Assembly: GCA_040776945.1 (NCBI GenBank)
Contig: JAXGZN010000001.1
Coordinates: 128,001 to 192,000, forward strand
DNA: 64,000 nucleotides
Direction: 5' to 3'
Origin: Methanomassiliicoccaceae archaeon
GTDB lineage: Archaea; Thermoplasmatota; Thermoplasmata; Methanomassiliicoccales; Methanomassiliicoccaceae
This document shows positions 9,892 to 18,715 of this stretch, one piece after another. Positions within the stretch are counted from its first letter, which is position 1. Every line of letters starts with the position of its first letter. Below the pieces are notes generated by a model. The model made no database searches, had not been told where the DNA came from, and saw only the letters and a program-made list of their open reading frames with translations. Position numbers and translations under genes: made by a program.

Positions 9892-10077
9892 CTAGCTCTG
9901 CAGCTTCATGGGGCTGCCGCAGCAGTCGAAGGAGCATCCATGCGAGCACCCGCAGGATTCCTCCGTCGACGGGGTCTGGGTGCCGCACTCGCTGCACTCC
10001 TTCATTACCTTCAGCTCCAATCCGCAGCTCTCGCAGATGTATACTTCGTTAATCTTCATCTCGTTGCAGCTCGGCAT
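9892..10077 (-). CDS. Cys-rich desulforedoxin/metallothionein-like peptide
   Basis: 10 Cys in 61 aa; YICESCG...CCGSPM. Confidence 0.7.
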   Translation of the reverse strand: MPSCNEMKINEVYICESCGLELKVMKECSECGTQTPSTEESCGCSHGCSFDCCGSPMKLQS

Positions 10078-10263
10078 TTTCGATCCTCGGATGAACTACG
10101 TCGCCGGGGCCTAGATAAGTCTATCCCGACGCTACGCTAGCTACCCGAAGGAGCACAATTCTCACATCGATAAGATGACAGAGCAGGAGCTCGCGCCGAA
10201 TTGTTTCGAGATCCTTTGCTACAAAGGGCGGATTGGTTAGAGTTCGACCACACGGTGTAGGGC

Positions 10264-10538
10264 GAACGGCTTAGGGACGAGAAACTGAGGTCGCTCTATC
10301 ATGCTCGACCATATCTCATCACCCTTGTGGAGTTCAGAAGATCAGCAACGACTGCTTCGTTTCATACAAGGGAAGCAAGTATTCGGTGCCGTGGCAGTAC
10401 GCCGGACGTGAGTGCTAGTCGCACGTGCGCTTCATAAATCTTCGTATGGTCGACGACGAGGTTGTCGCCGGGCATGAGGTCGTGCCTGGATCCCGGACCA
10501 TCAGGGTGAAGGAGCATTTCGCCGGCCGATGGGCGTGA
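10264..10538 (+). pseudogene. IS21-family IstA transposase remnant
   Basis: ERLRDEKLRSL..PYL, a frameshift near 10335, then KISNDCFVSYKGSKYSVPWQYAGREC*...VAGHEV...KEHFAG, resembling the IstA C-terminal region. Confidence 0.72.
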
Positions 10539-10784
10539 AGAGTGACTAGAGCCTTATGCCAATTAATATCTAAAGGTTGATAATAACATTGCTTGACCTA
10601 TCGCCGGCATTAGTATAATTAAGGGCCTATGGGCAAGCCCTAAGCACTGTCTGCCAACAATCGGCCCATCCTTGTATATTCAATGCCCCTGCACGTTCCC
10701 AGCCCACCGGAAATGAAGGGCTACTTTCGGGCACCTCCCCCGGCCTCTGATTAATAACCATAAGGCTGAGAGGATAGTGAGAGA

Positions 10785-11516
10785 ATGAGCATAGCGACCA
10801 GGGAAGCGGGCGAGCTGAAGGTCATGCCTCGACCGGAGGGCGACTTTCAGAGCATGGTCCGCACCTCGATCCCTACGCTGGACGCGTTCTTCGGCGGGCT
10901 GCGGCCGAGTTGCATGACCCTCATCGACTCCTCCGACCGCCTGGTGTTCGACCTCACCCACATATTGTGCGTGAACGGGGTCAGCACCCTGAGCCGGGAT
11001 GCGGTGTGGGTGGACGGCGGGAACTGCGTGGACCCCTACGAACTGGGCAGGATATGCCGGCGCTTCGGGCTGGACCGGACGGAGATCTTGGACAGCATCA
11101 GCGTGGCCAGGGCGTTCACCGCCTACCAGCTCGTGTCGCTGATCGATGAGCGGCTGGAAAGCGAGGTCCAACGGACCGGCGCGGGAATGGTCATCGTGTC
11201 CTGCCTGCCAGACATGTTCCAGGACAAGGAGATGCGCTGGTCCGAGTCGTACCAGCTCATAAGGCGGTGCGTGGAGCGCCTTCAGGAAGTCTCCCGGAGG
11301 GAGGGAACGGCGACGCTGATCACCAACCACGGCCTGATGAAGATCCTGCAGCGCAAGAGCCTGAAGAACCTGCTGTACGGGGCGGCGGACGAGATCCTGC
11401 GCATCGAGAACGCCGCAGGCTGTTTGCGAATGACCTTGCCCAATAGCCAGGAATCGATGCTGTACCACGCGGTGCCGCACAACCAGACCACTCTGGAGGA
11501 GTTCGTGGGGCGATAA
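10785..11516 (+). CDS. PolB2-associated inactive RadA/RecA-like protein
   Basis: TSIPTLDAFFGGL, no Walker A Lys, WVDGGN, VARAFTAYQL; ends with PIP-like QTTLEEF. Confidence 0.85.
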   Translation: MSIATREAGELKVMPRPEGDFQSMVRTSIPTLDAFFGGLRPSCMTLIDSSDRLVFDLTHILCVNGVSTLSRDAVWVDGGNCVDPYELGRICRRFGLDRTEILDSISVARAFTAYQLVSLIDERLESEVQRTGAGMVIVSCLPDMFQDKEMRWSESYQLIRRCVERLQEVSRREGTATLITNHGLMKILQRKSLKNLLYGAADEILRIENAAGCLRMTLPNSQESMLYHAVPHNQTTLEEFVGR

Positions 11517-11517
11517 C

Positions 11518-11757
11518 ATGGGACGGACCGTGCCGACGTACCGGATGACACTGGAGTCGATCATACAGAGCTGGGCCGACTTCCGCCGGGCGCTGCCCCG
11601 GGAGGACCGGGAGGCGTTCGATCACATGGTCAATCGTGCGAGGATGCACGCCTCCGCATCGACCTACGCCGCGTTCTCCGACCCGGTGGAGGGCGCGCTG
11701 CTGTCCATACTGCTGGAGCAGGAGAAGGAGATACGGCGCTTGAAGGGACGGCCATGA
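11518..11757 (+). CDS. small PolB2-associated helical protein (arCOG07300-like)
   Basis: MGRTVPTYR...W..FRRAL..EDR..FD; lies between the radA-like gene and polB2. Confidence 0.8.
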   Translation: MGRTVPTYRMTLESIIQSWADFRRALPREDREAFDHMVNRARMHASASTYAAFSDPVEGALLSILLEQEKEIRRLKGRP

Positions 11758-13946
11758 ACGGCTGGGTCCTGGACTGCTACGCCGACATGGCAGAGAACCG
11801 CATGGTCACCTGGGTGAGGACCAACCACGGCGTGGAGAGGGTGGTCGAGGACTTCGTGCCCCGCATATACGTGCAGGCTCCGAAGGACAGGTTGGAGAAG
11901 CTGAGGGGCGATCTCGCGCTCATCGGGGTGGACGATACCTCGGTGGTCCGCCGCCGCACCGGGCTGGGCGAGCGCGAGCGCGAAGTGCTCTCGGTGGCGG
12001 TCCGTGACTACTCGGCGATACAGCCCCTGGCGGTGACCATCGACTCGTGGGGCGACTACCGCCGCAACCTGCTGTACGACGTCGACCTGCGCATGGACCA
12101 GCGGTACTTCCTGAGGAAGGGCATCTTCGGCATGGGCCTGGTGGAGCTTCCTGGCCTGAGGTCCCTGGACTCCAACCTGCGCATCGATTATCCCATACCG
12201 TCGCTGAGCTCGATCGAGCTTCGGGTACAGACGAAGGGCGTGGGCATACCTACCTTCGACGACCCCATCACCTCGGTGGAGGTGAACGACATTGTGCTGG
12301 ACGGTCCAGAGGGCTCGATCTTGGAGCAGCTCCAGGATCTCGTGAGGGCGGAGGACCCGGACATCATATACACGGCCAAGGGCGACAGCTTCTACCTCCC
12401 GTACCTGAGGAAGCGGGCGGCCGAGAACGGCATGGAGCTGGAGCTCGGACGGGAGAGAGGAGAACGAACTTCGAGGGGAAAGAGCTTCTTCACCTACGGC
12501 CGCATCGTGTACAAGCCGCCTGGCCACAAGCTCCGAGGCCGGGTGCACATCGATCGCGAGTCGTCCTTCACCTTCCGGGAGAGCGGCCTCCACGGCCTCA
12601 TCGAGCTCTCCCGGCTGTCCATGATCCCGCTGCAGGACGTCTCTCGACTATCGCCGGGCAGCGCCATCAGCGCGATGCAGGTGAACGAGGCAGTGCGCAC
12701 CGGGCATGTCATACTGTGGAAGAAGAACCGGCCGGAGGACTTCAAGACCGCCGGAGCGTTGATAGTCTCGGACCGCGGGGGGTTCATCTACGAGCCCCGT
12801 GTGGGAGTGCATGACGGAGTGTGGGAGGTCGACTTCTTCTCCCTCTATCCGAGCATCATGGTGGCACACAACATCTCCCCGGAGACGGTCATGTGCTCCT
12901 GCTGTCCCCGCTCCTCGCGCACGGTGCCGGAGCTCGGGTATCGCATCTGCGAGAAGCGAACGGGGCTCGTGCCCCGCGTGCTGGTGCCGATACTCAACCG
13001 CCGCCGGGCGTACAAGGAGCTGAAGAAGCAGGGCGGTCACAAGGGCGATATGTACGATCAGCGAGCCAAGGCGCTGAAGTGGGTCCTGGTGACATGCTTC
13101 GGTTACACTGGATACCGCAACGCCCGCTTCGGCCGCATCGAGTGCCACGAATCCATCACCGCCTTCGGGAGGGACATCCTGATGCGGTCGGCGGACATCG
13201 CCGAGCGGCGTGGCTTCGAGGTGCTGCACGGAATCGTGGACTCGTTGTGGCTGAAGGGTGACGGCAACATCCGCTCGTACTGTGAGGAGATCGGCCGGGA
13301 GATCGGCATCCCGCTCAACCTGGAAGGACGGTACGAGTGGATCGTCTTCCTGCCCAACATCTCCACGGGCGTCGGCGCGCTGAACCGCTACTACGGCAAG
13401 TTCGAGGGCGGCGAGCTGAAGGTCCGGGGCATCGCCGTCCGGCGGAAGGACACCCCCACACTGGTGGAGGACCTCCAGCATGACATGCTTAAGCATCTCT
13501 CCGCCGCGGGCGACGCGCCGGAGTTTGAGGAGCTCATCCCCTCGTCCCTCGAGGTCCTCGACCGCCACGCTGAGGAGGTGCGCTCCGGGACGGTGTCCAG
13601 GGACCGGCTGGTGATGAGGAAGAGCATATCCAGGAAGCTCGAGGAGTACGTGCAGTTCAACGACTCGGTGGCCGCGCTCCGCCAGCTCCGCGACCGGGGC
13701 TTCGAGCTGCAGCCCGGGCAGTCGGTGGAGTACCTCATAATGGACTCAAAGAGCAGGAGCTCGTGGCAGCGGGTCCGGGCCGCGCCATTCCTGGATGGCG
13801 ACGAGAGGTACGATGCCGAGCGATATGTGGACCTCGCGCTTCGGGGCGCAGCGGAGCTGCTCTCCCCCTTCGGGTGGAACTATCAGCAGCTGCGGGACCG
13901 GGACGACCGCAGGAGATCAAAGCATCGACAGGAGCGCTGCCTTTAG
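11754..13946 (+). CDS. polB2: family B DNA polymerase, PolB2 group
   Basis: Motif A DFFSLYPSI, motif B KWVLVTCFGY, motif C HGIVDS (PolB2-type degeneration of YGDTDS); eroded exonuclease domain. Confidence 0.92.
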   Translation: MNGWVLDCYADMAENRMVTWVRTNHGVERVVEDFVPRIYVQAPKDRLEKLRGDLALIGVDDTSVVRRRTGLGEREREVLSVAVRDYSAIQPLAVTIDSWGDYRRNLLYDVDLRMDQRYFLRKGIFGMGLVELPGLRSLDSNLRIDYPIPSLSSIELRVQTKGVGIPTFDDPITSVEVNDIVLDGPEGSILEQLQDLVRAEDPDIIYTAKGDSFYLPYLRKRAAENGMELELGRERGERTSRGKSFFTYGRIVYKPPGHKLRGRVHIDRESSFTFRESGLHGLIELSRLSMIPLQDVSRLSPGSAISAMQVNEAVRTGHVILWKKNRPEDFKTAGALIVSDRGGFIYEPRVGVHDGVWEVDFFSLYPSIMVAHNISPETVMCSCCPRSSRTVPELGYRICEKRTGLVPRVLVPILNRRRAYKELKKQGGHKGDMYDQRAKALKWVLVTCFGYTGYRNARFGRIECHESITAFGRDILMRSADIAERRGFEVLHGIVDSLWLKGDGNIRSYCEEIGREIGIPLNLEGRYEWIVFLPNISTGVGALNRYYGKFEGGELKVRGIAVRRKDTPTLVEDLQHDMLKHLSAAGDAPEFEELIPSSLEVLDRHAEEVRSGTVSRDRLVMRKSISRKLEEYVQFNDSVAALRQLRDRGFELQPGQSVEYLIMDSKSRSSWQRVRAAPFLDGDERYDAERYVDLALRGAAELLSPFGWNYQQLRDRDDRRRSKHRQERCL

Positions 13947-15500
13947 TCCCAGGAAGTACAGCGCCGACGGGACCAGGAGACACCCGACCAGGTGCACCCT
14001 GCCCACGCCGAGGCGGGGCGGGAGGGTGCCAAGGAAGGTCGCGATGGCGAGGACCAGCAGCCCGGGCAGGCCGCAGAACGCGAACACCAGGGCGACGATC
14101 AGGACGAGGATCGCACGGTTGAGGAGGCGCAGGTCCGCGCCGGCGGCCTGGCGGGCGAACCTGGCGCCGAGCGCGATGGTCAGATGATAGGACACGACCG
14201 CGGACACGAGGACCGATACCAGGAGAAGAGGGAACCATGGAGAGGGGGGAGCGATGAGCTCCGCGCCGCTCCGCCCCAGGACGTCCTTCGCCGCCAGCAT
14301 GGCGCCGGAGCGGCCCTTGAACGCCAGCGCTAGAGCCAGCAGGCCGAGCACGGTGGACGATGTGCCGACCGCCGACACCATGGTCAGGTAGCTCCTGGTA
14401 GCCCGCTCATCGCTGCCCCTCCGCCGGTCGAGGGCCGAGGCGATGATGACCCCGGTGGTCGACGAGATGCCGGGGAACCAGCCTACCAGCGCACCGGAGA
14501 GCGCCCCCCGGATGCCGGACCCCAGGTCGTTGTCGCCGCTGATCTCGCGGTCCTGCGGCGGTATCGAAGAGCTGTGGAGGGAGGCGATGATCGACGGCAG
14601 TCCGAACAGGCCGGTGAGCAGCGGGAAGAGTATGCTCTGGTCCATGCCCACGAAGAGGTCCGAGAGCGGCAATCGAGCCTCGGTGCAGATGATGCCCAGC
14701 GTGCCGGACAGCAGCAGCAGGATGATTGCCAGCGCTCTCTCCCGGCGCGCTGATCGCCGGACGGACCACCGGCCGCACACCGTAACCTGACCTTGAAGAC
14801 GGCGCGCCCCCCTCAGCCTCCATCGGCCATGCTGGGTGCGAAGGTGCCGGGCCCCGAGCGCGCCTGTCTCCACCGTCCCGGAGAGCGCTGCCGGAGCGTG
14901 GTCCACCGGGACCGGCCGGACCAGGCTCACCATCGGCCCGATGGGGGAGGACGATGCGACGATTATGCTGGCCTCCAGCCGCCGCCCCCGCTCGGACAGC
15001 ACCAAGGCCGCCAGGGCGATCACCACCACCGCCGGGGTGGCCGCGTCCAGCAGGGGGAGCAGGCTCAGCGGCGGCCCGAGGACGAGAGATAGCGGAAAGC
15101 ACGCCGCCACCGCCGCGGCCGCGCCCACCAGGCTGCCGTAGGCCGAGCACATGACCGCCTCCAGCCCTTGGCCTTGTAGCAGCATGCGGTGGCCGGGGAG
15201 GACGCTCAGTGCGGTCCCCTCGTCCGGTGCCCCCAGGAACATGGACGGCAGGAAGTCGAGGAAGGAATGTGCCACCGCCGCGGAGACGATCACCGCGACG
15301 AGAAGCACCGGGGCGCCTTCGTTCGGGACGCCCATCTCCATGCAAGCTCGTTCCAGGAGCGGGAGCGCCGCGGGGGCCGAGGCCGCCAGCACCAATGCCA
15401 GGGTGTTGACGTGGATCCCCGGCGCGATACCGGTGAGAGAGCCCAGGCCCGCTCCCAGCAGCGAGATGTACGCCACGGCGAGAAGGACAGAGAACTCCAC
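13917..15500 (-). CDS. TctA-family (tripartite tricarboxylate transporter) permease
   Basis: TGIAPGIHVN, FLGAPD..TALSVLPGHRML and PLLTGLFG motifs. Confidence 0.88.
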   Translation of the reverse strand: MEFSVLLAVAYISLLGAGLGSLTGIAPGIHVNTLALVLAASAPAALPLLERACMEMGVPNEGAPVLLVAVIVSAAVAHSFLDFLPSMFLGAPDEGTALSVLPGHRMLLQGQGLEAVMCSAYGSLVGAAAAVAACFPLSLVLGPPLSLLPLLDAATPAVVVIALAALVLSERGRRLEASIIVASSSPIGPMVSLVRPVPVDHAPAALSGTVETGALGARHLRTQHGRWRLRGARRLQGQVTVCGRWSVRRSARRERALAIILLLLSGTLGIICTEARLPLSDLFVGMDQSILFPLLTGLFGLPSIIASLHSSSIPPQDREISGDNDLGSGIRGALSGALVGWFPGISSTTGVIIASALDRRRGSDERATRSYLTMVSAVGTSSTVLGLLALALAFKGRSGAMLAAKDVLGRSGAELIAPPSPWFPLLLVSVLVSAVVSYHLTIALGARFARQAAGADLRLLNRAILVLIVALVFAFCGLPGLLVLAIATFLGTLPPRLGVGRVHLVGCLLVPSALYFLGLKAALLSML

Positions 15501-15592
15501 GAGCCTCCCTCTGCGGGAGGCATGAAATCACTAGCTCCTACGCTTAGCCTGCATCTAGTGTTTTAAAGCATAGTTGGAATACCGTTGTTCAC

Positions 15593-16507
15593 ATGCCGGT
15601 GGTCTCCGCAAGAAAGCTCGTTAAGAGATACGATGGGTTCCTGGCCGTCGACCACATCGACTTCGACATCGAGGAGGGGGAGATCTTCGGCTTCCTCGGG
15701 CCCAACGGGGCGGGCAAGAGCACCACCATGCGCATGGTCCAGGGAGTGTCGCCGGTCACCTCCGGGAAACTGGAGGTGCTGGGCATGGACATCACTCGCC
15801 GCAGCAAGGAGATCAAGGCCCTTATCGGGGTGGCGCCCCAGGAGGATAACTTGGACCCGGACTTCCCGGTCGTGCGGAACCTCACCACTTACGCCCGCTA
15901 CTTCCGCATTCCCGCCGAGGAGGCGGAGAAGCGGGCCAGGCGGCTGCTGGAGTTCATGCAGCTCGAGGAGAAGGCCGACGCGGAGATCGAGGAGCTGTCC
16001 GGCGGGATGAAGCGGCGGCTCATCGTGGCCAGAGCGCTGATCAATGAGCCTCGACTGCTCATACTGGACGAGCCGACCACCGGGCTCGACCCCCAGGCCC
16101 GACACCTCATCTGGGAGCGCGTCCGCGAACTCAAGAGGAACGGCGCCACCATCATCCTCTCGACCCACTACATGGACGAGGCAGAGCAGCTCTGCGACCG
16201 GCTGGTGATCATGGAGAACGGGCGGTTCCTCGTTGAGGGAAGGCCCAAGGATCTTATCCAGCAGGTCGTGGGCCCCTGCGTCCTGGAGATCATCGATCCC
16301 GAGGAGGGCAGGGACATCGAGAGCTATCTCGTGTCCGTCGGCGCCCAGGTGGAGCGCTCGGCCTACCGCATCTACGCCTACTCCAAGCAATGCCAGACCA
16401 TTCAGTCAGGGTTCCGTGAGCGATTCCCGGACACCTATTCAACGGTTCGCTCGGCGACGCTCGAGGACGTGTTCCTGCGGCTCACCGGCAGGAGGTTGAG
16501 AGAATGA
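15593..16507 (+). CDS. ABC exporter ATP-binding protein (NodI/DrrA-like)
   Basis: GPNGAGKST, LSGGMKRR and LDEPTTGLDP motifs. Confidence 0.93.
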   Translation: MPVVSARKLVKRYDGFLAVDHIDFDIEEGEIFGFLGPNGAGKSTTMRMVQGVSPVTSGKLEVLGMDITRRSKEIKALIGVAPQEDNLDPDFPVVRNLTTYARYFRIPAEEAEKRARRLLEFMQLEEKADAEIEELSGGMKRRLIVARALINEPRLLILDEPTTGLDPQARHLIWERVRELKRNGATIILSTHYMDEAEQLCDRLVIMENGRFLVEGRPKDLIQQVVGPCVLEIIDPEEGRDIESYLVSVGAQVERSAYRIYAYSKQCQTIQSGFRERFPDTYSTVRSATLEDVFLRLTGRRLRE

Positions 16508-17307
16508 GCTGGCTCTCCAACATCGATTACGGCGCGGTGTTGGTGTGGAGGCGCAACGCCGACGTGTTCTTCAAGACCTGGAAGACGAACTTCCTGCCCT
16601 CCATCCTGGAGCCGCTGCTGTATCTGGTGGCCATGGGCGCGGGGCTGGGCGGGCTGATCGTAGGCCTGAAGTACGCGGGGCAGGACATCGGCTATGTGCG
16701 CTTCCTCGCCCCTGGCCTGGTGGCCATCTCCATAATGTACGGAGGGTTCTTCGAGTGCACCTATGGTTCGTTCGTCCGGATGCACTACCAGAAGACGTTC
16801 GATGCCATCGTGGCCACGCCGGTCAGCCTGGAGGACGTCATCGCCGGCGAGATCCTGTGGGGGGCGAGCAAGAGCTTCCTCAACTCCACCATCGTGCTGC
16901 TGGTGATCCAGGTCATGGGCCTGACCTTCGTCCCGGAGGTGCTGTTCGCCGCGCCGACCGCGCTCGCCGTTCCGGCGCTGGCCTTCCTCGGAGGGCTTAT
17001 GTTCTCGGCCATCGCCATGATCTTCACCGCGCTGGTGCCCAACATCGACTCGTTCAACTATCCGTTCTACCTCCTGGTCACCCCCATGTTCCTGCTGGGA
17101 GGGACGTTCTTCCCCATATCGCAGCTGGGCGCGGCGGAGCCGCTGGCGTACATATTCCCCCTCACCCATGTCAGCATCCTGGTGAGGGACATGAGCCTCG
17201 GGCTGGTCAGATGGGTCGACCTCGCGTCCTTCATCTATGTGCTGGCGGCCGTCGTGGTGACCTTCATCCCGGCGGTCTATCTCATGAGGAAGCGGCTGAT
17301 CAAGTGA
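16504..17307 (+). CDS. ABC-2 permease (NodJ-like)
   Basis: 6 TM segments; FLAPGL, GTFFP and PLTH motifs. Confidence 0.9.
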   Translation: MSWLSNIDYGAVLVWRRNADVFFKTWKTNFLPSILEPLLYLVAMGAGLGGLIVGLKYAGQDIGYVRFLAPGLVAISIMYGGFFECTYGSFVRMHYQKTFDAIVATPVSLEDVIAGEILWGASKSFLNSTIVLLVIQVMGLTFVPEVLFAAPTALAVPALAFLGGLMFSAIAMIFTALVPNIDSFNYPFYLLVTPMFLLGGTFFPISQLGAAEPLAYIFPLTHVSILVRDMSLGLVRWVDLASFIYVLAAVVVTFIPAVYLMRKRLIK

Positions 17308-17866
17308 TCCGGTCCACGACCACCAGGCGGCCATTGCGGACCTCTACCTTCACCAGCGCGCGTACGGGAACGCCGAACTCGCGCTCCAGCTTCTCGCCGG
17401 CGCTCCCCTTCTCGACGGCGACCAAGACCTCCGCGATCTGTGCTCCGGCCCGCTTAAGGGCCAGAAGGATGGGCCTGAGCGTACCGCCGGTGGACAGCAC
17501 GTCGTCGATGATCATCACGCGCTCTCCCATCCTCACGTCGTTGATGTACATCGATCCTTTGGAGTAACCGGTGGACCTTCCTATCTCGACCTCGCCCAGA
17601 AGGCCGTACCTCCGCTTCCGAGCGACCACGTAAGGTATGCCAGTGCGCAAGGATATGATCGCACCGAGAGGTATGCCCATAGCCTCCGGCGCGAGGATGA
17701 TGTCACAGTCCAGGGAACTGAACCGCAGCATCGCTCCGACAACCTCTTCCAGAACCGCAGGCTCGACCCTGGGCACCCCGTCGGTGATCGGATGTATGAA
17801 ATATTCGTATCCGCCGACGTTGACTATCGGAGCAGCCTCCAGGCTCGATATGAAGCGTTCCATCAT
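17300..17866 (-). CDS. hpt: archaeal hypoxanthine/guanine phosphoribosyltransferase
   Basis: YEYFIHPITDGVP, EAMGIP and IIDDVLSTGGT motifs. Confidence 0.85.
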   Translation of the reverse strand: MMERFISSLEAAPIVNVGGYEYFIHPITDGVPRVEPAVLEEVVGAMLRFSSLDCDIILAPEAMGIPLGAIISLRTGIPYVVARKRRYGLLGEVEIGRSTGYSKGSMYINDVRMGERVMIIDDVLSTGGTLRPILLALKRAGAQIAEVLVAVEKGSAGEKLEREFGVPVRALVKVEVRNGRLVVVDRIT

Positions 17867-17882
17867 GCTCTGCCCGCCGCGC

Positions 17883-18551
17883 CTACTTACCGTCTAGCCT
17901 GGTCCATCCGTTCTTGGTCTTGACGACCTTGCCCTCCGCCTTGAGCTCCTTGACGGTGGACCGCACCAGGGAGAGGGGGACATCGATCTTGAACTGGGAC
18001 CTGAAAGCCCGCTGGATCTCCGCCTCGTCTTTGGCCTCGGCAAGCGTCTTGGGCAACAGCGTACGCATGTCCTCATGAAGGTTCCAAGGGAAGATGAACC
18101 ATGTCCATCTCCCCTCTGGGATGTGTATGGAATAGAAGTCGGGCTCCATTTTCGAGTGCCCGATGTGCAGCAAGGTGGAGGTCTTGATCTCCCGCGGGCG
18201 CTTCTTGAACAGGTGGGCAGTGGCCAGAGTGAGGGACTCTCCGGTGTCCGTGATGTCATCGACTATCAGGACCGCCTCGTCCTTCACGTCCACGCTAAGC
18301 TCCTGGGTCAGCAGCGCCTTACCGTCCTGGTTGGCGGTCACGCCCCAATGTTCGGTCTTCACCGCGTAGAGCTTCCTGACGCTGAGGATGTCGCAGAGCA
18401 ACCTCGCGGGGACCCATCCCCCGCGGGTCAGCCCGACGACCACCGTCGGCTCGAAGCCGCTGGCCCTGACCTGCCTGGCGACATCTGCGGTCCACTTGGC
18501 GATCTCATCGAAACTGACCAACTTGCATCTGAAGCTCTCGACATATCCCAT
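17883..18551 (-). CDS. purine phosphoribosyltransferase (type I PRT)
   Basis: TRGGWVPAR, IVDDITDTGES and WFIFPW motifs. Confidence 0.88.
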   Translation of the reverse strand: MGYVESFRCKLVSFDEIAKWTADVARQVRASGFEPTVVVGLTRGGWVPARLLCDILSVRKLYAVKTEHWGVTANQDGKALLTQELSVDVKDEAVLIVDDITDTGESLTLATAHLFKKRPREIKTSTLLHIGHSKMEPDFYSIHIPEGRWTWFIFPWNLHEDMRTLLPKTLAEAKDEAEIQRAFRSQFKIDVPLSLVRSTVKELKAEGKVVKTKNGWTRLDGK

Positions 18552-18715
18552 TGACAACCCTCGATCCCTCCGATCTCATGGTCTGCCGCATCTCGGCTCT
18601 TGAGATCAGGGACTATGCTGGCAACGGCATGGGAATCATTAATCTTTTCTTCCGGCCGTCGTCCCGACAACGCGCCTGCCGCTCGATCTACCTCCGAAAA
18701 TCCTAGGGCATCCCA

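Noticed and set aside
10416-10418. In-frame TAG in the IstA fragment as a pyrrolysine codon
   Set aside because: The fragment is also frameshifted and truncated, so a nonsense mutation in a pseudogene is the simpler explanation.
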